Shown here: piece after piece, positions 25,186-39,948 of the stretch
How positions within the stretch are numbered: position 1 is the first letter of the stretch
How the letters are laid out: every line of letters begins with the position of its first letter
Program-made: the position numbers and the translations under genes
NCBI RefSeq assembly: GCF_006345805.1
Contig: NC_043006.1
Coordinates: 46,438,001 to 46,502,000, forward strand
Direction: 5' to 3'
Source of the DNA: Octopus sinensis
Taxonomy: Eukaryota
Length of the DNA: 64,000 nt
Notes under the pieces: generated by a model
What the model was told of the DNA's origin: nothing
The model's input: the letters and a program-made list of their open reading frames with translations, nothing else
Databases searched by the model: none

Positions 25186-27599
25186 TATACACACATGCAC
25201 ACACACACACTCATGCACACACATTCCCCTCCACCACTTCCTATTAAAATGATACAGAAATATTGAATCTCTACACTGGTAAAAAATACCAGATCCAAAA
25301 TTTAACCACTAAGTGCGGAAACAGCAAAATAAAAATGACTAATAAATTTCAGCGTAAAAATAAGTTTTAATATAATTAGAATAGCTTCCTGGATACAATA
25401 CAGAAAGCTTGCAGTCAATGCCTTATTATTTTTGAACAGAGTCTATTTTTATAAGAAAAACAGAGACCAATAAGTTGACTCTATACTTTTTTTATATCAC
25501 TGTACCACTAAGCATTATATCAATATTTTACATCTGTCTCTCAAAACCTGACTGAATAAATCCCTTCTTATACAAATGCAGATGATATTACAATCACAGA
25601 TTTCAAAACCTGAAATGGAACAGAGAATTGTGAGTAACCGTGACGCAATATTTTCGAAGCTGAGAGCTATCTTCTGACACCTGACAAATACTGAGAATAT
25701 TCGTAGAGCTAACTTTGCTTTATGCAGATTAGACGACAGACAAATATTGACTGAAACGTTAGCAGCATCCATAAAGCGTAGTTAGTGTTTGAAAACCATG
25801 ACAGGCTTGAAAAATGTTTATCTCACTTCAAAACTGCCTGTGGATAAGAACTGAAGTTGAGTTAGGTACCTCGTGACTCTGAAAATGCGCTGCCCTGAGC
25901 AAGTAGAAGTTTTCAAGTGTTAACAGTATGACTGATGGCAAATGATCAAGGGGAACCTTCTGCATACTAATTACAAATATATTAGGGTCTCTCGTACGTA
26001 ATATTATGAGTTGAATACTTAGATTGATCCAAGCAAAGTGTAGACAAAAATCCCACTCGGTGTTAGAAACAACAATCACGGAAGCTTATATTTATAAATC
26101 TGTTTATCGATTATTTTCATAATGTAGACAATGTAAATTGTAATCTATCTGCTGTTTGAAGCCATCCGCCATTCGATGACCGTATTTTAGTTGGAGATCA
26201 CTTTAGCTAAATATGAAATGTAAATACAGATTCATAGAAATAAATGGAATCCAGAAATGCGAATTTTTATTATAAAAATATAGATGTATGAATAAAGCTC
26301 ATGTAGACAAAATTACTAAATTTACAAATCTTTATTTATTCAAGATTAATTTGTCAAACTTCTATAAAATCCATACTAAATAACGGTGAAGACGAATAAA
26401 GTTTTTCTAGTGACATTCACCTATTATAGGGGAAGAGATACATAAAAGAAACACAGCTCGGGCATATTGTAGTTCTATCAACCACGAAAGGGAGAAAGGC
26501 AAAGTCGACTCCGGCGGAATTTGCACTCAGAACGTAAAGATGGGTTATATCAGCTAAGAAAGACCCCCGGCGTGCTAACATTTCTGCCAGCTCGTCGCTT
26601 ATTCTGCCTAGGCGCGAGGCCTGAAATTTTTTCGAGGAGGTGGTCAATTCGGTTACATGAAGCCATTGCTCAGCTTGTACTTTATTTTATCGATCACAAA
26701 AGGATGAATATCGAGGGGAACTATGGCGGAATTTGAACTCAGAAAGCAACGTATTCTTCTGCTAGAGTATATAGATTGACGTCCACAAAATTTATCGTAG
26801 CAATAATAACTAAAATAATAATAATACCCTAAGTATATGATACACAGCTCAAATGAAATCACCGTAAAATATATTGCACTGCCGAAACGATGAGCGTATT
26901 TCAGTTGGAGATCACTTTAGATAAATATGAAAGATAAATACAGAAATAAATGGAATCTAGAAATGCACATTTTGATTATAAAAATATAGATGCAAGAATA
27001 AAGCTCAGGGGAACATTTTGTAGACAAAATCAATTGCTAAATTTACAAATCTTTATTTATTCAAGATTAATGTCACACTTGAATAAAATCCATACTAAAT
27101 ATGGGTGAAGAGGAATCAAGTTATTTGTAGTGACATTCACCTATTATAGGGGAAGAGATACATAAAAGAAAGACAGCTCAGGTATATTGTGGCACTATCA
27201 ACTTATAAATGATCACTATGGGCATAATGTGACTGGACTTCCTCCAAGACTGTGAGATCTTCAGGAGAGCCAAAACTGTTAACGCGTTTCAATGGTTGAG
27301 GTCTGTCTGCAGGCACGTGTATATGTCTCTATATAAAAGGGTATGTGTGTACTGCATTATAAGTCTGACGCAGGTGGATATGGGGAATAAAATTTCCACG
27401 ATGTACAGGTTTATATAATATTTATAATCATGTTCCATGTCAGTAAAGACTGAATTTGCTTATATAAGCAATGCGGTTTACTTGCGAAATGTGTAGATAT
27501 AGGACTTGAAAACCTATTTTCCATATATCGAAATGTATGTAAAGTATTATTTTACAAAAGAGTATGCCGAAACACGTTAAATCCTTTCACATACGTATA

Positions 27600-27672
27600 T
27601 TTATACACATGTATATTTATACAAACGTATACGTATCTGCTTAAGTATATATATATATCTACATATATATAT

Positions 27673-27735
<63 letters not shown>

Positions 27736-27928
27736 TATATATTATATATATATATTATATATATATATATAAATACACACATATATATACATATATATAC
27801 ATATATGTATACACACATACATATAGATATATATATACACATATATATACATATATGTATATATATATATATATAATATATATATATATAATATATTATA
27901 TATATATATATAATATATATATATATAT

Positions 27929-27982
<54 letters not shown>

Positions 27983-28268
27983 ATGTGTATGTAGTGTGTG
28001 TGTGCGATTATTTCTATCGATTACACTTTCGAAAAGTTTCTTCATTATATTGGGAGTAAAAGAGGAAACTATAGAGATACCATCTTCCTTTACGTCACTA
28101 AATCGATCCCCACTGATGACCGTAGCGTTTTTATTGTATATACAAAATATACACACAGCCACACTCATATACATGCAAATACATACACATACATACATAC
28201 ATACATACATACATACATACATACATACATACATACATACATACATACATACATACATACATACATAC

Positions 28269-28318
<50 letters not shown>

Positions 28319-28571
28319 ATGTGTATGTAGTGTGTGTGTGCGATTATTTCTATCGATTACACTTTCGAAAAGTTTCTTCATTATATTGGGAGTAAAAGAG
28401 GAAACTATAGAGATACCATCTTCCTTTACGTCACTAAATCGATCCCCACTGATGACCGTAGCGTTTTTATTGTATATACAAAATATACACACAGCCACAC
28501 TCATATACATGCAAATACATACACATACATACATACATACATACATACATACATACATGCCTACATACACA

Positions 28572-28649
<78 letters not shown>

Positions 28650-29088
28650 ATACATAAGTTCACATATATGTATTTGTATCCATATATGTACACTCTCACA
28701 AAGGCACACTCTTATATAGACACCAGCCGGCGTTCACTGACACACACACACACAGACAGGCACATTGACATACAGACAATCACGCACACACTCACGCACG
28801 CTCAAGTCTAAGACTGTGCATATCTTGTTACACTCCGATTGTCTACGTGTGTATATTGCAGCTTCGTGTGTACATTTATGTTGCCAAGTGTATATGTATT
28901 GAATTATATAATTTCTTGTTTTATATAATAGTGAATAAGCATTATTAGATTTGTATAGCGATATTATCCAAGCGAAACACTCTAATTGTAAAGACAGACC
29001 TACGTATACTATTAAGCCGATATTGATGTATTTTTGTCTTTATCAGATTTCCTTAACTCGCAAAATAGTAATCGTAATAGTTGTAGAT

Positions 29089-29119
<31 letters not shown>

Positions 29120-29376
29120 GATGATGATGATGATGATGATGAAGGTGATGATGATGATGATAATAATAATAATAATAATAACAATATTAATGATAGTAAT
29201 AAAATAAAACATAACAAATAGTTAAATATAGCTTTATTCTTTGTTGTTGTTCATTACATGAATATATATATATATATCTGTATATAGGTATATACCCGTA
29301 CATACACATAACTATCATATACAAATATATGTACATATACGATTGTATTTATGATACGTATATGTATATATATACA

Positions 29377-29412
<36 letters not shown>

Positions 29413-29493
29413 TATATACATACATACACATATATATACGTATGTATATATGTATATATATACATATATACATATATACATACATATATATAT

Positions 29494-29546
<53 letters not shown>

Positions 29547-29592
29547 ATATATACATATAGAATATATATATGTATGTATATATGCATATATG

Positions 29593-29624
<32 letters not shown>

Positions 29625-29646
29625 TGTATGTATATATGTTTGTATG

Positions 29647-29717
<71 letters not shown>

Positions 29718-29760
29718 TATGTATATATATATATATAATTGTGTGTGTGTGTGTGTGATG
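27600..29760. repeat. Large (TA)n/(TACA)n microsatellite-rich block containing a 336-bp exact tandem duplication
   Basis: The unique cores at 27982-28180 and 28318-28516 are identical. Confidence 0.9.
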
Positions 29761-31228
29761 TATTTAGGAGAAAGAGAAGAAGGGGAAAAAGATTTATAAA
29801 GATAGCCAAAATAAATATAACTGCTGTATGATTTTTATGAAAACCTAGTATGAAATAAAGATAAATGGTAGATGAAAAGCTTCAGAAAGTAGATAGCGAA
29901 ATACATTTATCTCAGATATTAACTGATAAGTTTACAAGAAAAGCAAAATAACATAAGAGATAAAAGTCGTTTGGGACAGAAATAAATCAGAAAATATAAA
30001 GGAAAATCTTGTAGAAAATTATATATAGCAATATATCCCTACAAGACATAAGGAAAGTTAATTTTTAAGGTATATTTTTCCTTTAAGAAATCAAAGAACA
30101 ACTAAAAGATATTACAGAATTACAGAGAATAGATACTGTAAGTTGTACGATTTGAGAAAGTGTATCATGTGAGAACATTAATATTTTTTGAGGTCTGACA
30201 ATTAGTTTTTAAGATGATCCTGTTTTTTAGTGATGAGGAAGTCAATTTCTTTACTAGTTGAGATAAGATAAATTCACAGAAAGGGAAGCAAGTACTGAAA
30301 AGAAAGAAAAATATATCCAACGAAAAATAAGCGTCGAACTAAAAAGAAAATATATTCTCGATACGAGTTTTTATATTTTTATGAGCGTTTCATACGATTA
30401 ATCAGAAGTGACTGGAATATATATATATATTTAAATTTTAGATATCTGTTTTAGGTGTGTGTGTAAATGTGCATTAAATTCTGCAGTCAGTGCATATATA
30501 TATCTGTATTTGCATTTAAAAATTTATGGGGTCTAACAGTGTAACGGTATCAATTCTAAGTATGCAACGTAAACGCAAATATCAAGATGTGTACCTAACG
30601 CCGTTCGTTTACGAGATATTGTAATTGCATGAAGGGAAAACATCCAGCTGATGTTATAAACTCACGGGAATAAAAAGAACATTCTGGACAATATTATATC
30701 CTTCATATTAATTTTTTTGTACCTTTCGATTTTTCTCCACGTACGCGTGTACAATATGTGCAAACGCACGTAGTTCGAAATCCTCATGAAATCCTTTGTC
30801 TACCGTCTGCAACTTTCACTTCATCTCCATCCTATGTTCTGCATCTCATTCTAATCCTTCTTCCCTATCCTCCTCCTTTTCTCCCTCTTCCGCCTCCTTT
30901 TCTTGTCCTCTTATTCTTGATCCTCTTCTTCTCCACTCCTCCATCTTCATGATCATGATTGCCATCATAACTATAATCCCTCGTAAGCTTTTCTTTTCTT
31001 TTCTTTCAAATCATAATCAACAGAATTTCGTCTGTAAACAAATTTCTTTCATCACAATGACACAGTCTTGCGTTTGAGTCGAGTCAGAAACAAATGTATC
31101 GAACAAAATTACCTAGCACTATTTTCTCCGTGTCATTCGGCTTTAAGTTCAAATCCCGCAGTTGTCGGATTTGCATTCATTATTCATAAAATGTAGTACA
31201 AATTGTAAGGTGGGAACGATGCACATAA

Positions 31229-32849
31229 CACAGGTTTACATTTTGTTTTGCTCTGAGGCAAGGATGCGAATAGATATATTTTACTAATTTTGATGTAGTG
31301 AATTCAGTTTTCTGAACAGTGTTGCTTGTTTGCTTTCACATATCCTATTTTAATTTTAATACATATAAAATCAAAATATAATATGTTTATTTCATTTGTT
31401 ACAAAGAGCATAGACACAGAATATTCATGGAACTAAATTACTTGGAAAGTACAATACACACGAATCATAGTGCAGCAGACAGTCTGAAGTGAGTGTTTTG
31501 GACGATCTTCTCTACTTTGCCTTTGGGATATCATGCAAGAACATCCAGCAAAAGTCCCCGTCATGCTGGGGTTCCTTGGTAGCTATTCTCTATCTTAGTA
31601 ATATCTTGGTAGAGCATTTCTTCATGCTCATCACTCACTGCTCCGAGATTCGGAAGGAAGAAGTTGTGGTGGGAGTGGAGAAAGTGAATTTTGAGTGACA
31701 TTCAGCATTCCATATCTTCAGAAGACTGTAACAACTTCTCGATACACTCTTGGTAATCTAGTACTACGTGTTATCAAGGACGCCATGGAAAAATGACTTA
31801 AATGCTTCCCATACTCTCAGTTCATTTAAAGTAAGAAGCTAAGCTCCTTAAAGTCCTCAAAGGACTCAGCACTGGAAAGAGAGTACACAAATGTTAGAAG
31901 GCAGCGCCACTTTTAATCATGGCCTTCACAAAATTCTTCATTGAACCAAGCTTGATATGTAAAGGAAGAAGAAACACCTTGTTCATATTAACCAGAGGAT
32001 TTTCTTGGACACTGCGTTCACCAGGTACGAAAGTGCTTGTAGTGCTTGGACACATTTCTGCATCTGATGAAAGAAGAATATCCTTATTTGATAGTGTAGG
32101 GATAGAGAGATCATCTAGAAGAAACATTGCAACCTGTTGTATTTGTTAGGCAACAATTATAATCATCTGCATGGCATGATGGCTCTCTTCAGACCAACAA
32201 ATTTGAAGGCTGCTTTCCTGCCGTTAAACCATGAGGTTAGTCCGTTGTAACAGGGTTTATAACAGATGAGTGGGACCCTGGATTTTCCTGATCTCCAATT
32301 ATACAACCAAAATAAGCAGTTCTCATTGTGCAAATGTCGTGAAATCTCTAGACATGTAGCAGAATGAATTTGCCTTGTTGATGCAGCCTTGCTGTTTTGA
32401 GGTACCTGAAGCCATTGCAGAGAACAAAATAAAAATTGGCCATATACATGTTTACGTAAACTTTCGCAAAATCATAATGGAAAAGGAGAAATAAACAATA
32501 TCAAATCTCTGAGCGAGAAGTAAACAGTAGCTGTACGGAATCGTAAAATATAATTGCCAACTAGAAGTGACGGTCCCATAGATGACAATGCTACTTTTGT
32601 TTTTAGCCCCAGGAGGACATCTGCTCCAGCTGGCTAACGACACACTATGTGTCCGATTAGTATTTGCGATGTGAAATCATCGTTCCCATCTCTAGCCTTA
32701 CGTGATACACATAGATCTGCTGGTTTCTGGGTGGTAACCCCTTATCAGAGGTGATGAGTCAAAACTGGCTTTGTATCTCAAATCAGCACCCCAAAATTAA
32801 GCTAGAACAACTGTTTTTAAATTTGCCTCAATTTCTCTGTAAACCAGTG
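31229..32849 (-). mobile_element. Chapaev3-type (CMC) DNA transposon, internally deleted and degenerate
   Basis: CAC...GTG termini with imperfect TIRs (CACAGGTTTACA / CACTGGTTTACA) and a 3-bp TAA duplication on both sides. The minus strand shows MASG..GCINKANSFCY (ATG 32415), FVPGERSVQENPLVNMNKVFLLPLHIKLGSMKNFVKAM and MSLKIHFLHSHHNFFLPNLGAVSDEH. Confidence 0.85.
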
Positions 32850-32899
32850 TAATTGATTAATTCTTAAAAGTCTTTTCCTTGTACCTAATCAGAAATCAT

Positions 32900-33620
32900 T
32901 AAACGTAGTGGACTCGCAGAATCCTAAGAGAATCGAAGAAAATGAATTGTAGCATTTCTCTCAGATAAATAATAAAGTTGGAGGTGCCGGTGACCTGGCC
33001 GAGAGACAGCGATCTGGCTGAATAGTTACCGGGCAAGACAAAATGCTCAGTGGAATTTTGCAATTACGTTCTGCGTTCAAATTCCACCGAGGTCATCTTG
33101 GACATTCATCATTTCGTGCTCGATAAAATAAATAGTCGTTGAAAACCGGGGTAGATGTAATCGGCTTACCCCACCCCTCACCTTGCTGGCCTTGTGCTAC
33201 AATCTAAAACCATTATTATTACTACTATGAAGGCAGCGACCTGGCAGAATAATTAGCACCCCACACAAAATGCTTAGCGGCATTTCGTCCATCTTTACGT
33301 TCTGAGTTCAAATTCCGCAGTACCAATAAGTACCAGTTGAGGAGTGGGGTCCATGTAATCGACTATCACCTAAACCCAAACATTCAGGCCTTGTGTCCAT
33401 GGTAGAAAATATTATTATTAATATTAATGTGGTCAGCTGTGAAAATCGTTAGCACAGCAGACAAAATGCCAGTTGTCATTTGATCAAGCTTTACGTTTTA
33501 TGTTCAGCTCCGCTGTTCATAGTTTCGGGGTCGATAAAATCGGTTTTGGTAGAGCACCGTACTCGTCGTGATCGACAAGACACCTCGTCCAAAATTTCAG
33601 GCTTTGAACTGATTTTAGAA
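32900..33620 (+). mobile_element. Cluster of degenerate SINE family B copies
   Basis: Repeated TTACGTTCTGAGTTCAAATTCC and GTCGATAAAAT motifs shared with 50346-50979. Confidence 0.65.
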
Positions 33621-33624
33621 AAAA

Positions 33625-33840
33625 ATGATGATGACGATGATGATGACGATGATTGTTGTTGTTGTTGTTGTTGTTCTTCTTCTTCTTCTTCTTCTTCTTC
33701 TTCTTCTTCTTCTTCTTCTTCTCTTCTTCTTCTTCTCTTCTTCTTCTTCTTCTTCTTCTTCTTCTTCTTCTTCTTCTTCTTCTCTTCTTCTTCTTCTTCT
33801 TCTTCTTCTTCTTCTTCTTCTTCTTCTTCTTCTTCTCATT
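33625..33840. repeat. (GAT)/(GTT)/(CTT)n microsatellite
   Basis: Directly visible; includes a long polypyrimidine (CTT)n tract. Confidence 0.95.
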
Positions 33841-33960
33841 ATTATTATTTCCAAAACTATGTGCTTTAGATCAATACGAAAAATGAAGGCGTGTGGATAC
33901 GTTTGCAATAAGTCTTTGAATGTTTTGCAGAAGCTTCATTTTTCATTAAAGGCGAAAGGG

Positions 33961-34000
<40 letters not shown>

Positions 34001-34017
34001 TGTGTGCCTGTATGTGT

Positions 34018-34082
<65 letters not shown>

Positions 34083-34169
34083 GGTGGGAATACAATTACC
34101 AACTTGTGCTAATTTCGGCTGCCGTGCCTATCTCCTTGATGATTTTTACTATCTTCTACACGAAATAAT

Positions 34170-34597
34170 GCATTGACCCAGCTGGAAATCCGCGGCAATC
34201 GACTTCAATGGGGACTGACTTTTCGTTCTCTTTATCCCGTAGGAAATATTGTGCCTGTCCTCCCAGGGTACTCCGAGTGCAACCAATCTGATTGAACTTG
34301 TGAAATTGGAGTGCTCTTGCAACTACCCCCATCTGGGAAAACAAGTTTGCCCTGCAGGTCCACTTGCAACTCCTAGTCTGATGCTGAATGCTAAACAAGA
34401 AAAGAGACCCCTAACATTGTTTAGCCCTTGAAAGCTTTGTCAGCTTCCTTTAGTGAGTTGAATCCACTTGGTGGTGGCTGATGTTTATAGCCCTCGCCCT
34501 TTGCACATCACTCAATTTGGCGATTTCAGCAAATACACTGTCATGTCTCCACTTGTATCAGCTTTCTCTCAGTGCAGTAGGACATCCAGTTCAATTG
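34170..34597 (-). mobile_element. HERO-like RLE non-LTR retrotransposon fragment (zinc knuckle plus endonuclease)
   Basis: Minus strand: [46 protein letters not shown] and PIEVDCRGFPAG. These resemble the HILS.C..AL..GRY.WRH, ELTVPWE and VEVGCRGF motifs. Confidence 0.65.
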
Positions 34598-34617
34598 TGG
34601 TTCAGTGTGCATATATA

Positions 34618-34686
<69 letters not shown>

Positions 34687-34724
34687 ATATGTATATATGT
34701 ATATATATGTATATATATATTATA

Positions 34725-34757
<33 letters not shown>

Positions 34758-34827
34758 GTGGTGCTCCAGCGCGGCCGAAGTCAGATGACTGGCACAAGTA
34801 AAATAGTAAAAGAATACATATATACAT

Positions 34828-34858
<31 letters not shown>

Positions 34859-36287
34859 CATATATATGTATATATATATATATGTGTGTGCGTGTGTGTA
34901 TGTATGTATATTAGAAAGTTTGGAGGTGATGTACATATATTATATATTAGAAAAAATAAGGTACAAAGAAATCTGGATGGTTGTACATTTACCGATTTTT
35001 ATTAATGTCACATGTTTTTATAAATCATGCGCTTGCAGCCAGATTTCTGAGTACCTTATTTTATCTAATATATATATATATATAAATATATTCATATGTA
35101 CACACACACACACAACACACACACACACACACTTATGTATGTATGCATGTAGGTGATGGGGGACTAGACTTTACTACAAATAGTGCCAAACAAATACCCA
35201 GTAAAGTGTACAGATTTGCAACCTCACTTTTGAAAGATATATGGAAAAAAACAGTTTTCTGTAGATGGCATTAAAAATAAAAAGACCGCAATATCAGCAA
35301 TTATTTTGAAAGGCTTGTTCTGTTGATACTTTATTCGTGGATAACGGAACGCTACAAACATTAAGAATATCAAAAGTTCTAAGCAGCATGGAGAGGAAAC
35401 ATCGATAAGACCAACGAAATAAAGCTAATCTGATGATGTACGGCACGTGTTTGGACCAATAATGGAATCTGACGTTATGATACGTATCTGACATTTGTTT
35501 ACTATTTTATAGATGATGTATATTAAATATGAGTATTTGAAAATACGAACAACACATCTACTTAATACTGTAAACATAAAACAATCTAAGTGAAGGAATA
35601 TATTGCCGTAAAACTAAGAAATAAAATGTATGGAATGTTGATTAGGAAATAGATATTCGAAAGGAATAAGATACGATTATCAGAAAAAACGTAACAAGTC
35701 GGTGCGTTAGGTTACAAATAATTTGGTATGTTACTGGGAGAGAAGATAAAGTAAAATTACCTGTAATAAATTTTGGAACGAACGTCTCAGAAGATTCACA
35801 ACATTGTTTAAATGTATGTATGTTGTAAAGATACGCTGTGAAACATGGACGTTCGCTTTGAGGGGTTTTAGAGGAATACTGAAATTGAAAGCGTAAACAA
35901 ATGTTATCCCAGAGAGGAAGACACGATAAGACACGGAATATCTATATAAATCATAGACATACAAACATACATAAATGCATACATACATACAAACATACAT
36001 ACATAAATACATACATACACACACATACACACACATACACACATATATATATATATATAAACACACGCACATATGTATATATGTATATATATACACAGAC
36101 GCACGTATTTTTTTATACACACACACATATATGTGTGTGCGTGTGTGTAGGCAGATCCGAAGTTTGCTTCCCAACCTAACCATATATTTTCGCTTTCAGC
36201 CCCACAATGAGGTACCTCGGGCAAATGTGTGTGAGTGGATTTGCTGGACGGAAGTTGAGTGAAGCCCGTGTGTATAAATATATATAT

Positions 36288-36318
<31 letters not shown>

Positions 36319-36485
36319 GTATATTTAAATGTGTATATGTATGCGTGTGTGTATATGTATGTCTGTATGTCTGTATGTGTATATGCATGTATGTATCTAT
36401 GTATGTATATAAGCATGAAGGTGTGAATGTATGCATACATTGTATATGTGTATGTATGTGTGTATGTATGCGGGAGTTTTTGTGC

Positions 36486-36555
<70 letters not shown>

Positions 36556-36763
36556 TTGAACCACTGCACTTAACGTATTTTTTCCATTCTCTTTCTATTT
36601 CTTTCCTCTTATCCCTTGCTGTCGAAGAGTGTGGGCTCGGCACGTAAAAGATTTTTCCATTTTTCCCTAGCATCAAACTAATACACTTGTTTGTCGTTCC
36701 TACACCTGCCTTCCTCTTTGTTTTTCCATATATATATAAACACACACACCCATGTATGCACAA

Positions 36764-36804
<41 letters not shown>

Positions 36805-37184
36805 AGCGCCCTGCTGAAAAGTCACATTAGTAGTATCGAAGCTCCGGTAAAACTAAAGGAAGCGTATTCTGTTTTTTTTTTATTTCTTCTTTTTGCCAGG
36901 TATTATCTTCTAACGATGATTTTAATGTAGCAGGTTACCTGCGGAACAGCTTATGATCACTTTCCGAAAAGTTGATGAAAGATGAAATATTTTAACTTGA
37001 GAAGCAAATGGCTAGAAAAGCAAACGTATAAACAAACATACATAAGAAATTCAGACCTATAACCTGCTTGTAAAACAGCGGAAAAAGAGTAACCGAAACC
37101 CATTTAGACATAGCTTAAAAGTCCTGGAACCCCAGTGTGTAGAAAACGTTTGGCAAAATTAGTGAAATTGCATATAAGAATTTA

Positions 37185-37375
37185 TGTGTAATAAGATAAA
37201 AAAACCAAGGCTGTATAGATATTATAAAATTTATAGATAGAAGGTCTTACAGCTGTTTCTATGATATTTATTATATCCCTTCATTGGAGACGGTGTGAGA
37301 GGAAAATTATGTCATAGTTAGTTTAGATGTGATATAAAATAGAGAGTGAGGAGGAGGAAAGAATACAGATGTCAG
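37185..37375 (-). mobile_element. Penelope-like pLTR repeat with hammerhead motif (37244-37291)
   Basis: GUCU-CCAAUGA-A-GGGAUAU-AAUAA-AUAUCAU-A-GAA-ACAGCUGU-A-AGAC. Stem I and the 8-nt palindrome are perfect; G5 is mutated to A. Confidence 0.65.
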
Positions 37376-38485
37376 ATTGTATGTGTATTGAAGTTGTAAA
37401 TCCGTTTTGTAGGCGTAATGGTATATATGCGATATTCCAATATCCCAATATCGTTTGAATAAAATCCAAAAGTTCAACAGAGCTTACTATGAGTCCTTCC
37501 AAATATAGAGTTTATAAGCAGATTTTTAAACTTGGTCATTCCCAGTAGGGAATTTGTATACAGTGTTGTAGAGTCAAAGGTTTACACGCTGACATAGAAC
37601 CAACGTTGAACCCTTTATTCGCAATATTACCGAATCTGGAACTTAACTATGGTCTGTCAATAGCACTTATTCAGCATTACCTGACACCTTTGGGTCTCAA
37701 TGACACCATTATCTCTTATAACCTGAAATTGCATATACAAATAAATGAATTAAATTTATTTAGAAGGAAAATATAACTGATAATGATACTAAAACCGAAC
37801 TGATTGCAACCTTCAGAATTTTACTGAAGGAGTTTTATAATAAATGATGGAGAAATGTGGAGAACACGAAACCGGTGTGACTGATTTTAATGTCATCAGA
37901 ATTCTTTGTAACGTCATTATCAAATCAGTGGGATAAAAAATTTGTGGCTGCAAGAAAGTTTGTATAAGTTTGATAAAATGCTTGAAAGTGATACTAAGTC
38001 CCTTCCATATTGTAACTTAACTTACTAAAAATGGAAAAGTGATTGACAATTTAATCCTAACTCTTCTAAAATCTAAAAGGTAAAAAGAGGAATATCGTGT
38101 ATATCAGATAGCTCCCCTTCGAGTTACCTGTATTTGAGCAGCTTCAGCACCGGAATTACAAGTAAACGAAAGATAATATGGCATCCCATATTGCTGTAAG
38201 GAAACATAATCATTAAGAAGATGTGAAATATTTGATATTAAAATTCCTGCTGACGGTAGCCTGAGGATCAAAGCGCACGAATGTATGAATTATTCTTATT
38301 TCAAATTTGATATTGCAATTAACGTGTCATTGACAAACGTGTTTATAATGATGGGAAATGTAACCACAATCAGTGAGAAGCTATAACTTAGTTCAAAGTA
38401 GAAATCAAAATTTGGAAACATTTGCACATGTAATTTATCAATAATATTCAGTATATTAGAAGGATGGATATAAACCTAAATTAAA

Positions 38486-38798
38486 TTCCGTCGGTTTCGA
38501 CGATGATTGCTCCAGTTAATTAGAGCAGAGGAACAGGCTACTCGGGAAATTAATGCGCAAGTAGCTGAGCACTCCACAAACACGGATGCACTCACTATAG
38601 TTCTTAGGGAGAATCAGCGTGATATGGAATGGGACAAGGCTGGCATTTTAAAATTAAAAGTACAACTCATTTTTAGTTGACTGGAGCAACGGGAAAATAA
38701 TTTATGCTGTTAAGAGACACGTCGTGTCACTGGTGATCGAACTCATGACCTAACGATCGGGTGTCGAATAACCGTAACCACTAAGCAACACGCCTTCA
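38486..38798 (-). mobile_element. Degenerate tRNA-SINE family C copy
   Basis: Aligns by eye with 47609-47933. Confidence 0.7.
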
Positions 38799-39784
38799 TA
38801 ATTATATCAGTAACACAATAAAACAGAAACAATATTATTAAACCTAATACTAACACTTTTAAAAATCTTGGCACAATGCCAGCAAGGTGATTAAAATTAC
38901 CCATGGCCAGCACTGCGGGTGGGGTAACCCGATTACTTTAACCTCAGTGTTTTTTTTCTTTTCCCAACCCCGAAAGGAAGAAAGTCAAAGGTGAATTCGA
39001 AGGAATGTGAATTCAGAACGTAAAGAGCCTGAACAAATCCTACATAGCATATTGTTCGACGCACTAACATTTCGCCAAAAATATAAAAATAATAATAATG
39101 ATGTGACTACCACATGTAATGTATATATAAATCTTGAACAACACTAGTTGTAATATTGTGTCACAGAGAATTTTATGTGTCATAAAATGGAACGTGTCCG
39201 GAATGTCGTATGCTAATCGTCAGACACGTTTGAACCTGATTTGGTTACTTCTGTGATAAGCACTGCCAGATATTGTAAATAAAATCGAAGGTGAATATTC
39301 GTTTCGCTGAAGTAATCGATAAACAAAACATTCACTTTATATCCGAATATAAACACTTGAAACGTTGGAATGAGGGGCGTCTTCCCTCAGATATGAAGCA
39401 AGGACCTCTTCAATTCAATACATGCTCTTCGGACAATACACATATGGTTGATTTATATATACCTTCGGCTGATACCTGCCACACTCCCATCAATTTTTTA
39501 GTCAATAGTAATGCCCAAAAAGAAGAAGGAATCATCATCACAATTCAGACAAAACGTCGTATAGCAGAATATATTCTGCATCTATGATGTCCAATCCAGG
39601 CAATTCACAAACCGCAACACCAAGTATATATATATATATATATCTATAAGAAAATAGTAAAGAGTGAAAAAACGACAGAAGGCTTAAATGTTAAAAAATA
39701 TATATATTTGTGTCAAAATGTCTGGAGAATATTGGAAAAATTTTTTTCCTTTCCTTAAAATGACATAATTTTAAAATTTTTAAA

Positions 39785-39820
39785 GAAATTACCGGTTTCG
39801 CGTGTAGTTTTTCAAATTTC
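39785..39820 (-). ncRNA. Relic hammerhead motif (two core mutations, stem II lost)
   Basis: GAAAU-UUGAAAA-ACUACACGC-GAA-ACCGGU-A-AUUUC, with a perfect 5-bp stem I and ACCGGU palindrome. The surrounding element lies between (TA)n runs. Confidence 0.4.
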
Positions 39821-39906
39821 TTGTGACGTTATGTTTATATTGCATGGAGTTATCGTTCAAACTTTCTTATCTATATATATATATATACATATATTTATAT
39901 ATATAT

Positions 39907-39948
39907 ACTAGCATTAAAGACCCGTCGTTACCGGGTCATAGTGCTAGT
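39907..39948. mobile_element. Helitron/Helentron-type terminus: GACCCG/CGGGTC hairpin followed by CTAGT
   Basis: ACTAGCA-ttaaa-GACCCG-tcgttac-CGGGTC-atag-TGCTAGT. Confidence 0.4.

Noticed and set aside
27270-27310. GAAACGCGT palindrome on minus (similar GAAAC-palindromes near 25755, 37868, 39360, 40711)
   Set aside because: These lack a matching core, stem I or stem II, so they are treated as chance matches.
28110-28125. CTGATGA motif in the duplicated core (also at 35430)
   Set aside because: No stem II-GAAA and no box C/D terminal stem, so neither a hammerhead nor a snoRNA is supported.
39291-39587. 98-aa ORF in unique sequence
   Set aside because: It has a GTG start, no recognisable domain and no splice support. 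One ORF of this length is expected by chance in 64 kb.
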